Positions 43,036 through 53,525 are shown, counted from the first letter of the stretch. The stretch: DNA of 64,000 bases from an uncultured Acidimicrobiaceae bacterium (GCA_963774485.1 CAVZFG010000003.1:1150-65149); one strand, 5' to 3'. Notes: generated by a model from the letters alone, not told the origin. Program-made: numbers and translations.

Positions 43036-44689
43036 CTACGCGCCCTGCAGGTCGCGGCGAGCGAAGGCGGCCGCGCCGACGAGCGCGGCGATGCCCGCGG
43101 CGGCGCTGAGCCAGCCGTCCGCGGCCCAGTCGACCGGCACGGCGGGCGCCGAGGCCACGTGGTGGAACACCGAGGTGTCGAGCAACCAGTGGCTGGCGGC
43201 GCCGATCCCGCCGACCAGCTCGACGAGCAGGGACCAGGCCAGCACGGCGTAGACGCCCGGCCGCGGCGACCCGGGGCCACAGGCCGAAGAGCAGCGCGCC
43301 GATGCCGAGGACGAAGACCGCCGGCACGGCGGCGTTGACGCCGGCGGCCAGCAGGCTCGCCGCGCCGAAGGCGGTGTGCTGTGAGGTCGCGCCGAGCAAC
43401 GTGAAGAGGCCGGCGACGACCCCGCAGGCGACGACGAAGACGAGCGCCACGCACAGACGCCCCGCCAGCCACCGCGTCCGTGCGAGGGGTCGCACCACCA
43501 GGTGGTCGAGCCGGCCTTGCGCCTCCTCGTCTCGCGCCGCGCCGATCTGGCCGGCGGCCGCGAACCCGATCAGCGCCGCCACGATGAGGAAGACGACGCC
43601 GAGGTAGGCGCCCGTCCCGCCCCCGGTGGCGCCGAGCTTGTCCAACACCTGTTGGACCGAGGACCCGGCCAGCGTGGTCCCGGCGCCCTGGGCGACGAGC
43701 CCGAAGATGAGCCCGGTGACGGCGAGGGCGAGGATCCAGCCGAGGTCGACCCCGCGGGTCAGGCGGACAGAGAGGCCGAGCTGGCCGCGGAGGAGCGCGA
43801 GCCTGGGGGCGCTGTGGGACCGGTCGGGCAGCATGCCCGACCCCGCGTCGCGCGCGCCCGACAACGCGACGGCGACGACGGCGAGCACCGCGGTCGTGGC
43901 GAAGATCGGGAGCAGCGGCACGGGGTCGTTCGAGGTGAGCGGGGAGAGCCGCTCGACCCAGCCGAGAGGGGAGAACCAGCTGAGCCAGGGCAGTCCGACG
44001 CCCGCATCGCCGAGCATGCGCAGGCAGTAGCCGACGCCGAGCACGACGGCGCCGAACCCGGCGGCACGCCGCCGCGTCGGGGCCAGCTGGCTCGTCACCG
44101 CGCCCACCGTGAGGAACAACAGGGCCGGGCTGGCGAGGGCTAGCGCCAGGAAGAGCGCGCTGCCCACGCCGATGTCCACCCGCGACGAGAGACCGGCGAT
44201 GGCGACGATGGCGGCGGTCACCACCCAGAGCACGAGCGCGCCGGCGCCGAGCCCGGCCAGTGCCTGCGCCGTCGCCCGGCGCCGCGTGGTCTGGCCGGAC
44301 AGCAAGAGGTCCCAGCGGCCTGCGTCCTCCTCGCCGCGCAGGAGCCTCGAGCTGGTGAGCAAGCCCCAGACGGACCCGATGATCATCACGGTCATGGAGA
44401 CCTTGAAGACGGTGAAGCCCCCGACCGTCTGCAGCTGGGGTGCCGGACCGAAGAGCGCGAGCGTCGACTTGTTGTTCCCGAAGGTGGCGGCGAGCCGGTC
44501 GCGCTGGGCCTGGGTCTTGTAGAGGCTGGTGTAGCTCCACGCCGTCGAGGCCACGAAGGCGCCGAAGACGTATCCCCACAGCAGGCCCGAACGCGCCGCG
44601 GCACGCGCCGTGCGCCGGGCCACCACCGTCGTCGCCGCCCGGCCTCCCGGCGCGGCGATGGCCTGCTCGCGCAGCTCAGCGAGGGCCAT
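43036..44689 (-). CDS. ABC-2-type polytopic transporter permease (frameshift near 43265); no ATPase gene adjacent
   Basis: MALAELREQAIAAPGG..LLWGYVFGAFVASTAWSY.. (ORF 42968-44971) has 10-12 hydrophobic helices. It continues in ORF 43036-43245 (..LVELVGGIGAASHWLLDTSVFHHV..). Confidence 0.7.
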
Positions 44690-45361
44690 CGGGACCGCCC
44701 TCGTGCGGGGCGATCCCGGCCTGCTCCGTGAGCACGGCGTCGATGACGTCCACGGCCTGGCGGGCCAGGTCCGCGTCGAGCAGGGGCTTCGAGTAGAACT
44801 CGACCTTGGCGCGTGCGAGCCGCAGGTGACCCTCGGGGCCGAGGACGTCGCTGCCCAGCGCGCGCGGACAGCTGGTGGTGCAGGGCGAGTGCGCCGATCT
44901 CCATCGCGACCAGGAGCGTCGCGTAGCCGTGCTCGTCGGAGACGACGCCGGCGTGATGGCGGGCCAGCCACTGTTCGGTTGCCGCCACCATCTCGGTGAA
45001 CATGTCCGCCGCGGCGGGCGAGCCGTCGATCATCGAGCGGGCCAGGTACCGGTACAGATCGAGGAGCTCAGGGTGCGAGTCGGCCAGGAAGGCCGGGTTC
45101 TCGAGCCCTCCCTCGAGGACCAGCCGCTCCTTGATGCGCACGATCTGCGAGAGGACGTACGCGTCGCAGGCCGCCCGCAGCACCTCCTTGCTTCGGTAGT
45201 AGTGCTGGACCAACCCGCTCGAGACCCCCGCCTCCCGGGCGACGTCCCGGATGCCCGTGCCGGCGACGCCCTGCGGCCCGGAACAGGCGCAGGGCGGCGT
45301 CCCGGATGCGTGTCCTCGCGGTCGGATCGCCTGCACCGGCTCCCCGGGCGGGCATGCTCAT
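44677..45361 (-). CDS. TetR-family transcriptional regulator (frameshifts near 45275 and 44860)
   Basis: MSMPARGAGAGDPTARTRIRDAALRLF (ORF 45068-45361) is followed by GIRDVAREAGVSSGLVQHYYRSKE.. (ORF 44392-45336). A third frame gives ..LGSDVLGPEGHLRLARAKVEFYSKPLLD..HEGGPDGPR-stop (TGA at 44677-44679), overlapping the permease ATG. Confidence 0.75.
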
Positions 45362-45409
45362 CGTGCGCCTCCTCGCCGTCGGGGTGTCCGTGCCGGTCGC
45401 CGCATCACC

Positions 45410-45442
45410 ATACGGCCGTATCGGAAAACAATACAGCCGTAT
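45410..45442. promoter_or_regulatory. Two copies of a 12-bp palindrome, 21 bp apart centre to centre; candidate operator of the adjacent TetR
   Basis: ATACGGCCGTAT (45410-45421) is a perfect palindrome. ATACAGCCGTAT (45431-45442) has one mismatch. Both lie about 50-80 bp upstream of the TetR start at 45361. Confidence 0.5.
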
Positions 45443-45626
45443 GGCCCAGAAAGGCTCTCCCGGGCAACGGCGGCGACCCGAATGCCTGCTCCAACTGGGA
45501 TTTCACGCACCGTTCCACCCCTTCGGCCCGCACGGATCGCTCACGTTTCTCGCCCGGCCGGTGATTTGGGCCTTGCGCCGGCGGGTGCCGGTGGTGGAAA
45601 CTGACTACACCGTTGTAACTACACCG

Positions 45627-45935
45627 ATGCCACCTGAGGCGAAGAAGGGGGGCGAACCAGTGCCAGTGGACATAGTCACCACGCTCTACGGTCGCCAAGA
45701 ACGAAGTTGGCAGCTGCAGGCCAACTGCATGGGAGTCGACCCGGACCTGTTCTTCCCGGAGCGGGGAGCCTCCACCCGCGAGGCCAAGGAGGTCTGCCGG
45801 GGCTGCGTCGTGCGGGAGGACTGCCTCGAGTACGCGTTGGCCAACGGGGAGAAGTTCGGCATCTGGGGCGGCATGAGCGAGCGGGAACGCCGCCGCCTGC
45901 GCCGGGCCCGTGCCCTGGCTCGCCGGGACGTGGCC
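45627..45935 (+). CDS. WhiB-family (Wbl) iron-sulfur transcription factor; 3' end undetermined
   Basis: Within ORF 45306-46310: MPPEAKKGG..WQLQANCMGVDPDLFFPERG..EAKEVCRGCVVREDCLEYAL..FGIWGGMSERERRRLRR. This shows the four Cys and the G[IV]WGG turn. No stop follows in any plus frame before 46087, so the end given is an estimate. Confidence 0.75.
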
Positions 45936-45949
45936 AGCGCCTCCTGGAC

Positions 45950-46840
45950 GAAGACACCGGAGGTATCCGGCCGCTTGGGAACGCCCGCCCCCGCGGCGAG
46001 GCGGCTCTCCACGGTCTGCTCACCCGAGAGGCCGAGCTCGCGCCAGCGGTGCCGTGGGCACGGCGGCCAGCACCAGCTCGGGCATGAGCCCCACCAGCTC
46101 GCCGCCTTCGGGCTCGCCGCCCGGCTTCCCGACGCTCGCCGCCACCGCGTCGTAGAGGCGGTCCGGGCCCGTAGCGGCGCCGGCTCGAACAGGTTGCACG
46201 AGACCTGGGCCCGGTCGCCCACGGCGAGGCCCAGGGCGCGCACCTCGGGCCGGCGCACCAGGGGCGCCACCCGGCGGGCCACCTCGGCCGAGGAAACCCA
46301 GACGTTGTAGGCCACCAGCACCCGGCGGGCGCCGACGGCGGTGGCGCCCGTGCGGGGGTCGGCCTGCGCGGGGCCGAAGTCGGGGGTCAGGCCCCCGCTG
46401 ACGGCGGCGAACGCACGGCGGCGGACGTCGGGCAGGGACCGGGCCCGGCCGCCGGGAAGCGGCCCGTAGAGGAAGCTCGGCACACCCAGCTCGGCACCGA
46501 GCCAGTGGGCGAACGCGTCGCGCAGCGCCACCGCCGGGGCGAGGTCCTCGGGAGCGGGCCGGCCCGGCTCGTAGGGGACGAAGGGCACGACGTCGAGCAC
46601 CCCCAGGCGTGGGTGGGCCCCGGCGTGGTCCCGCAGGTCGAGACGGGCGACGGACTCGGCGGCGAGCGCCCGGACGGCCGCGGCGACGGCGTCGGCGGGT
46701 CCGGCCAGGGTCAGGACGGAGCGGTGGTGGTCCGGGTCGCGGTGCAGGTCGAGCAGGGCCGGTCCGGCGGCGTCGGCCAACCGGCCGAGAACGGCGTCGT
46801 CGCGACCCTCACTGACGTTGACGACGCACTCGAAGATCAC
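45950..46840 (-). CDS. Glutamate formimidoyltransferase-like protein (FTCD N-terminal domain type); at least two frameshifts, 3' end undetermined
   Basis: GTG at 46838-46840 gives IFECVVNVSEGRDDAVLGRL..HHRSVLTLAG..AHPRLGVLDVVPFVPY..VGARRVLVAYNVWV..VSCNLFEP (ORF 45686-47101). Another frame (about 46190-46060) then reads GPDRLYDAVAASVGKPGGEPEGGELVGLMPELVLAAVP. The sequence returns to ..RHRWRELGLSGEQTVESRL. No in-frame stop precedes the antisense of the Wbl gene. Confidence 0.7.
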
Positions 46841-46895
46841 GGCGTCAGCCTGCGGGCCGAGCCCGGCGGCTCGTCTCGGGCTCGCGTGCTCGGTG

Positions 46896-47141
46896 CTACT
46901 TGGCGACGACGGCGTGTGAGAGGCGGCGGCGGCGCAGGATGCGGCGGCGCTCACGCTCGGACGCACCGCCCCAGACCCCGTGATCGATGTGGTGCTCGAG
47001 CGCGTACTCGAGGCAGGGTTCGGAGACGGGGCACTCGGCGCAGATCCGTTGGGCGGCGAGCACGCCCATGCCGTCATTGGGAAAGAAGACGTCGGGTGCA
47101 ACTTCCTTGCACTTCCCCCGGGCCATCCAATCGGTATTCAT
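46896..47141 (-). CDS. WhiB-family transcription factor
   Basis: Intact ORF reads MNTDWMARGKCKEVAPDVFFPNDG..AQRICAECPVSEPCLEYAL..HGVWGGASERERRRILRRRR. An AAGGGAG RBS lies upstream. Confidence 0.9.
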   Translation of the reverse strand: MNTDWMARGKCKEVAPDVFFPNDGMGVLAAQRICAECPVSEPCLEYALEHHIDHGVWGGASERERRRILRRRRLSHAVVAK

Positions 47142-47313
47142 TGTTCGGCTCCCTTTTCACGCACCATTCTAAGGGACCCGCCAGTCGGGAAATAGGGTAC
47201 TTGGCGTAGGAAGTTCGTAAGAATTCCGAGCCCTATTTTGCGATCTACCAGGGAGAACGCCTTTCGGGCCCGCAGGGCTACGCTGGCGCCGAACGCCGAT
47301 ACCAGGAGGTGCC

Positions 47314-47602
47314 ATGTCCCCGGACACCGAGGACGACGTCAGTCGAAGAGGGTGAGCCGATCGAGCCGATCGGGCACGTGCGCGTCGTCTACCTCGGGCC
47401 CGTCGCGCCCCACTGGGAGGTCCAGTCGGACTACGGACCGCCCGAGGTGATCGAGCAGTTCCGCGAGCGCGTGCTGGCCCGACTGGTGCTGCTCCCCCCG
47501 CACGACCCCCAGTTCCGCCGGAACAGCGAGCGGGTCGTGCGTGACGCCGAGCGGGAGCAGCTGGCGCTCGAGTGGGTGCTCGACTACGGCGAGGCGTCCT
47601 GA
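47314..47602 (+). CDS. Hypothetical protein (start reconstructed across a frameshift near 47340)
   Basis: AGGAGG, 5 nt, then ATG 47314 gives MSPDTEDDVS, which joins VEEGEPIEPIGHVRVVYLGPVAPHWEVQSDYGPPEVIEQFRERVL.. of ORF 47309-47602. No family was recognised. Confidence 0.45.
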
Positions 47603-47673
47603 GGCCCAGCCCGACGAACAGCACCCGAACTGCCCCCGACACGCCACTGGGCCGACACCCCCGTGGTGGAAGC

Positions 47674-48060
47674 ATGGCGCCGCCAACAACTGACGGTCCA
47701 CGGGTTGCAGGCCCGTGGGAGGGGGAGACACCGTGGGGGACACCTACACACTCGACGACGCAGCTGGTCGTCCGGGAGATCAAGGGTCTGGTCGGCGGGC
47801 TGACCGACGACGAGGCGGCGCTGGTGCGCACGCTGACACCGCCGGACCTGGCGCGCGCCGCCATGGTCGAGCACCTGTTCGACCTCGTCGACCTGCTGTC
47901 GACCATCCGCGACGACGAGGCCGTGGCGGAGTACGTCTACGCCATCGCACCGCACTGGGACGGCAGCGCCGAGATGCTGCTCCTCGGCGGGCGCGTGACG
48001 ACTGCGTTCAATCGCTGCGCGCTCGAGCAGCAGCTGCCCGACGGGTCGGCTGAAGCTGCG
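47674..48060 (+). CDS. Hypothetical protein; 3' end uncertain
   Basis: ATG 47674 inside ORF 47572-48984 gives ..LVVREIKGLVGGLTDDEAALVRTLTPPDLARAAMVEHLFDLVDLLSTIRDDEAVAEYVYAIAPHWDGSAEMLLLGG.. Beyond about 48060 the frame is antisense to the converging metalloprotease gene. Confidence 0.4.
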
Positions 48061-48108
48061 GGTCGGCGGCCGGCACCGCGCCGGCACGCCGTCGCGACGG
48101 CAGGAGTC

Positions 48109-49315
48109 TCAGTCCAAGAGCCCGATGCGGGCGAGCCACAACCCGGGCGCGTCGACCTCGGCCGGCGTCGGCAGGTCGAGCTCGTCCGACCACAGGCGGC
48201 CCAGCGCATCCTCGCCGACGCGCTCGATGACGCCGCGCACGAAGGCGCGGCCCCGGTCGACCTCGTCCTGCCCGACGTCGAGTCCGAACAGCCCGGCGAA
48301 GGCCTGTTCCCCCTTCCCCTCCTCGATCCGGTAGCGGTACCACGCCTCGCGCAAGGCGGCGGGAGACGACGTCAGCGTCTCCGCGATGCCGGCCGTGACG
48401 TGGTCCACGTAGGCGCCGATGGCCGTCGTCTGCGCCGTCAGGGCGCTCGAGATGTTCCGCTGCTCGGGGGTGATGAGGTCGGACAGCAGCGCCTCGGGGT
48501 CGCCCAGCGCCTCCTCGAGCGCCGCCGGATCGCCGAGGCCGTCGCCCAGTCGTTCGACGATGGAGCGTTGCGCCGCGGCGGCGTGGGCGGACGCGTCGCC
48601 CAGCAGCGTCATGAGCGAGTCCCGGACGCCGGGCCTCGTCAGCACCGCGTGCATGGTCAGCTCGCGGAGGCAGACCCAGAGCTGGACCTCCTGGAGGGGA
48701 AGGCTCCAGTCCTCGGCGAAGCGGGCCACGTTGCCCGGGACGAGGAGCAGGGTCGACGACTCGGGCCAGGGCAGCGGGAGGGCGTACTGCCCGAAGGCCC
48801 GGCGGGCCAGGTGCCCGGCGGCCGAGCCGAACTGCATGCCGAGGAAGACGGGGCCGAGCGTGAGGGCGAACTGCCCCAGCAGCCCGCCGAGGCCGCCGGC
48901 CCCGGCCGGGATCGAGCTCGCTCAGGTCCAGTGACGACGGGACCGCCGCCGCCCCCTGCTGCTGCGCTTCCACCATCGACTTGAGGATCGGCCGGTAGGC
49001 CTCGAGCACCCGGAAGCTCCACTGTCCCGGCCCGACCGCCTCGAAGGAGATCCCGCCGCCGCCCCAGCCGGGCGCGATCCCCGTGGCGTCGGCCACGTGG
49101 AGCTCGGCCACCCGCGCCAGCTCCTCGAAGGCGATCCGCACCAGCGGGTCGGGGTTCTCGTCGGCCCCGCCGTCGGTGGCGACGCCGAAGGCCAGGGTGC
49201 GGGCGGCCTCGAACCAACTGTCCGCGGCTCCCGGCCCCGACCCGATGACCTTGAGCAGGTCTCCGAGGAGACCCCCCATGGGGTTGTCGGGGTCGCTGGA
49301 ACCGAACATGCTCAC
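48109..49315 (-). CDS. DUF2342 / zincin-like metallopeptidase family protein (frameshift near 48900)
   Basis: MSMFGSSDPDNPMGGLLGDLLKVIG..RIAFEELARVAELHV.. (ORF 48008-49315) continues in ORF 48109-48837 (..FGSAAGHLARRAFGQYALPLPWP..LWVCLRELTMHAVL..ITPEQR..AWYRYRIEEGKGEQAFAGLFGLD..). Confidence 0.8.
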
Positions 49316-49319
49316 CCTC

Positions 49320-50542
49320 GCATGCTATGAGGAGCGCGCTCAGGGTGACGTCCACGACCTTGGTCCCCGTGCCCTGCTGGACCGAGACGGCGATGGCGGC
49401 CCCGGGAGGCAGGACGTAGAGCCGGGCCCGCAGCTCGGCCATGGTGCGCACCGGCAGGGCGTTGACGGCCACGATCACCTGCCCTTGCTGCAGCCGGCCG
49501 GCGGCCGGACCGTCGGACTGGACCTGCACCACCCTGGCCCCCGTGTCGTCGGGGGTGTCGGTGCCCGAGACGCCCAGCCAGCCGTGCACCACCTTGTCCT
49601 TCGAGCGCAGGTCGTCGGCCACGCCCGACCACGAGCTGGCTGGGGAGGAAGGTGCCGGGGGAGGACGTGCCGGGGGAGGGGTCGTAGAGGAGGCCCACCA
49701 CGTCGCCCGTGGCGTTCAACAGCGGGTCCCCGGCGGCGACCGCCGGCGCCGAGGGCGACGAGGTGATCGTGGGCATGCCCCCGGCCGGCCCGCTCGCGAT
49801 GGCAGACCCGGCGTCGGTCACCGAACCGGGCGTGCAGTGCAGCGCGACGGCCGTGCCGCCGGCGGGCACGAAGCTGAGCGTCAGGTCGGGCGAGCCGCCG
49901 CTCAGGCTGGAGTCGTCGGCGAAGGGCGCCACGGGCAGGTCCTCGGGCACGTCGACCAGCGCGACGTCGGAGGCGGGGTCGGTCGCCACGACCGTGGCGG
50001 GCTCCAGCTTGCCCCCGGGGCCGACCATGACGATGCGGCGGACGCCGCCCAGCAGGTCGGCCGTGGTGGCGACGACTCCCCCCTCGGCCACGGCGACGCC
50101 GATCAGCGCGACCGTGCCCTGCCCCGTGGTCAGCTGCAACTCCACCATGGAGTGCCCGGCCGCCTGGGCCACCGCCGGCACCGCGTTCTGCGGCCCGGCC
50201 AGGGTCGTCAACGGCGCCGCGGCGACGGTGTCGGTCGTGGCGCCCCGGAGCGGGCGCTGCGAGGCCGGGGAGAGCAGCACGACCACCCAGGCGACGACCG
50301 CCATGACGGCGCCGACGCCGACGAGGACCATGACGGCGCCGCGGTAGGGGTGGCTGCTGGGGGGCGTTGAGGAACGCCGGGGCCTCGGAGCCCGGGGAGG
50401 CGATCTCACTGGGATGGCGCCAGAGCCGGTCGTCGGGATCGATCCAGCCGCGCAGCGGCGCGTCGGGTCCGTCCGGGGCGCCCTCCGCGCCCTCCTCTGG
50501 GCCCGGTTCGGCCTCCTCGGGCTCCTCGGGCGTGTCGCTCAC
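49320..50542 (-). CDS. HtrA/S1C-like trypsin-fold plus PDZ protein whose catalytic His and Ser appear substituted (frameshifts near 50355 and 49620; 3' end approximate)
   Basis: GTG at 50540-50542 gives SDTPEEPEE..RGWIDPDDRLWRHPSE (frame of ORF 49475-52270). Then comes a TM segment, then ..VALIGVAVAEGGVVATTADLL..ATDPASDVALVDV..PAVAAGDPLLNATGDVVGLL (ORF 49312-50409). The PDZ part reads VVHGWLGVSG..ARVVQVQSDGPAAGRLQQGQVIVAVN.. (ORF 48657-49622). Confidence 0.7.
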
Positions 50543-50611
50543 CTGGGCGACGATACCGACAACGGCCCAGGAAGTGCCGTCGCCGGACGCGTGTCCGTAC
50601 CATGTGGCCCC

Positions 50612-51612
50612 ATGGCGCGCGACCTGGCGATCGACCTCGGGACCGCCAACACGCTGGTCTACGCCAAGGGAAAGGGCCTCGTGCTGAACGAGCCGACCGT
50701 GGTCGCGCTCGATTCGCGCAGCCGCGAGGTGCTGGCCATCGGGACCGACGCCTGGCAGATGATCGGGCGCACGCCGGGCTACATCGTCGCCGAGCGGCCG
50801 CTGCGCGGCGGCGCCATCACCGACTTCGAGGTCACCGAGCGGATGCTGAGCGTGCTGCTGCACCGGGTCGGCGTCAGCCGCATCAACCGGCCCAAGGTGC
50901 TGATCTGCGTCCCGTCCGCCATCACGGCGGTGGAGCGGCGCGCCGTCAAGGAGGCGGCGCGCCGGGCGGGTGCCTCGGCCAGCTTCCTGATCGAGCAGCC
51001 CATGGCGGCGGCCATCGGCGCCGGGCTGGCCATCCACGAACCGGTGGGCAACATGGTCGTCGACGTCGGGGGAGGCACGGCGGAGATGGCGGTGATCTCG
51101 CTCGGGGGCGTCGTGGCGGTGCAGGCGCTGCGTTGCGGGGGGTTCGACTTCGACGCCTCCATCCAGGCCTACGTCCGCTACCGCCACGGCGTGGCCATCG
51201 GCGAGCGCACGGCCGAGGCGGTCAAGATGGCCATCGGGTCGGCCTCCCCCTACGAGGGGGAGCAGCAGGCCGAGATCCGCGGGCGCGAGGTCGCGACGGG
51301 CCGGCCCAAGACGGTGATCCTCTCGCCGGTCGAGGTCCGGGGCGCGCTCGAGGACAACGTGGCGTCGATCGTCGAGGCGGCGGCCGAGTGCCTGGGCGAG
51401 GCCCCGCCCGAGCTGGCCCAGGACATCATGTTCGAGGGGATCCACCTGACCGGCGGCGGGGCGCTGCTGCGCGGGATGACCCAGCGCCTGGCCGACGCCA
51501 CCGCCGTGCCGGTGCACCTGGTCGACACGCCGCTCGAATGCGTGGTCCAGGGCGCCGGCGTGTGCCTCGAGTCCTTCGACCGGCTCAAGCGGCTGTTCAC
51601 CCAGGAGATTAG
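50612..51612 (+). CDS. mreB: Rod-shape-determining actin homologue MreB; 3' end approximate (stop lost to a frame error)
   Basis: Within ORF 50414-53533: MARDLAIDLGTANTLVY..VALD..AERPLRGGAITDFEVTE..VICVPSAITAVERRAV.. ..MVVDVGGGTAEMAVISLGG..IHLTGGGALLRG. The nearest stop, TAG at 51610-51612, is in another frame. Confidence 0.9.
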
Positions 51613-51617
51613 TCAGG

Positions 51618-52270
51618 TCAGGCGGGCACCTCGTCGAGCAGCTCCGCGGCGGCCTGGCGCACCTGCCAGTCCCGGTCCCCGGCCGCGGCCTGCAGCGCCG
51701 GCTCCACCCGGGGGTCGTCGAAGCCGGCCAGCGCGACGGTCGCCCGCCGGCGGACCGTCGGGCTTGTCGCCGAGCGCGGCGAGCACGGCGGGCAGCCCGG
51801 CCGGGTCTCCGATGGCGCCCAGGGCGGCAACGGCCGCCTCGCGGCAACGGGCGTCGCCGTGGCCGGTCGCGGTCGCCGTCAGCACGGGCACGGCGGGCCG
51901 ATGGCGGCGCTCGGCCAGGAACCAGGCCGCCCCCACGACGACCAGCGGGTCGGGATCGTCGAGGGCGCCGGTCACGGCGACGAGCAGGGTCGAGCGCGAG
52001 CCCGGCGCCGCGGACGGCCGGCGCCGCCTCGACGGCGCGGCGCCGCAGTGCGGGCGGGCCCTGGACCAGCGCGGTGACGACGTCGGCGGCCGTGAGCCGA
52101 CCGAGGCGGGCCAGCGCGCCGAGCGCCGCCGCCTGCACGCCGGGGTCGGGATCGCCCAGTCCACGCCGGGCCAGGGCCGCGTCGCCGCGGTGGCCGGCCA
52201 GGGTGACGCGGCGCCGGCGCTGCTCGGCGCGGCGGTCGGCGGCCGCATCCGTGGCAACATCGTCCTTCAC
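51618..52270 (-). CDS. HEAT-repeat protein (frameshifts near 52000 and 51760)
   Basis: The pieces are MKDDVATDAAADRRAEQ..GLGDPDPGVQAAALGALARLG.. (ORF 49475-52270), ..ALDDPDPLVVVGAAWFLAE..CREAAVAALGAIGDPAGLPAVLAAL (ORF 51613-52260), and ..ALAGFDDPRVEPALQAAAGDRDWQVRQAAAELLDEV (ORF 51618-51830). Confidence 0.6.
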
Positions 52271-52279
52271 CTCTCGAGT

Positions 52280-53516
52280 ATGTCCGAACCTGACGCGACC
52301 GCCGACGGGGGAGCCGCGGCGACCCCCCTCTCCAGCGACGCCGCCCCCGGCCGTGGCCGGCGCCTTGGCGCCGCCGTTGCCGCCCGGCCGCCGCGCCGCG
52401 CCGGCGCCGCATCTGGCCCTTCCTCCTGGCGGTCCTCGCCCTGGTCGTCATCGCCGCCGTTCGTCGCCGCCCGCGTCTCGGTCAACTACTACGTCATCAC
52501 GCCCGGCGATGCGACGCCGGTCTCCCAGTACATCGAGGTGCCGCCGACCGACAACCATCCCCTCACCGGCAAGATCCTGTTGACCGACGTCTTCGTCACC
52601 CAGCTGAACGCACTCAACTACCTGCAGTACAAGTACTTCGACTCGAACAGCGAGGTGATCTCGGCGCCCGACCTGCTCGGACCCACGCCCGACGAGAACC
52701 AGTTCCTGACCCAGGGCTACCTGCAGATGGCCCAGGCCCAGTCGTTCGCCACCGCGGCCGCGCTGTCCCACCTCGGCTACGTGGTCCACTCCACCAACGC
52801 CGGCGCGCTCGTCTACGCGGTCCAGCCCGGTTCCCCCGCCGCCAAGGTGCTGCAGGTGGCCCAGGTGATCACCGCGGTCGGCGCCACCCCCACGCCGACC
52901 GACTGCGCGCTCATCGACGCGCTGCACGGGCTGACGCCGGGGACGAGCGTCTCGCTCAGCGTGGAGGACTCCTCCATCAACGACGTCGGCGACTTCGTGG
53001 GCGGTCCGATCGTCCACAAGTCCGTGACCCTGGGCGTACCCCCCAAGGGCCTGGTGGACACCGGCTGCGGCGCGCCCACCAGGCCGACGGCCTACCTCGG
53101 CATCCAGCCCCAGACGCAGCAGGACTGGCAGTTCCCGATCAAGGTGACCGTGCACACGCAGGACATCGGGGGCCCGTCCGCCGGCCTGGCCATGACGCTC
53201 GGCATCATCGACAAGCTGAGCAGCGGGCGGCTGACCGGGAACCGGATCGTCGCCGCCACGGGCACCATCGACCAGTACGGCAACGTCGGTGACGTGGGCG
53301 GCGTGGCCGAGAAGACCATCGCCGTGGAGCGGGCCGGGGCGACCGTCTTCTTCGTGCCCTCGGTGGAGCGGGCGACCGCGGAGTCCAAGGCCGACTCCGC
53401 AACTCCACGTCTACGCCGTCAGCAACCTGAACCAGGTGCTGCGCATCCTCAAGCGCCTGGGGGGCAACGTGCCGACCAGCGCCACCAGTCCTGTGCCGGC
53501 CCAGGCCGCGCCGTAG
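52280..53516 (+). CDS. PDZ-domain Lon-like (S16) serine protease, YlbL/SdrC type (frameshifts near 52405, 52460 and 53400)
   Basis: ATG 52280 in ORF 50414-53533. The TM segment RRIWPFLLAVLALVVIAA is only readable in another frame. The sequence then reads VNYYVITPGDA..PDENQF..PGSPAAKVLQVAQVITAVG (PDZ) ..DIGGPSAGLAMTLGIIDKL..ATGTID..GNVGDVGGVAEK (Lon Ser-Lys motifs). The end QLHVYAVSNLNQVLRILKRLGG.. lies in ORF 53289-53516. Confidence 0.8.
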
Positions 53517-53525
53517 GCTCTGACC

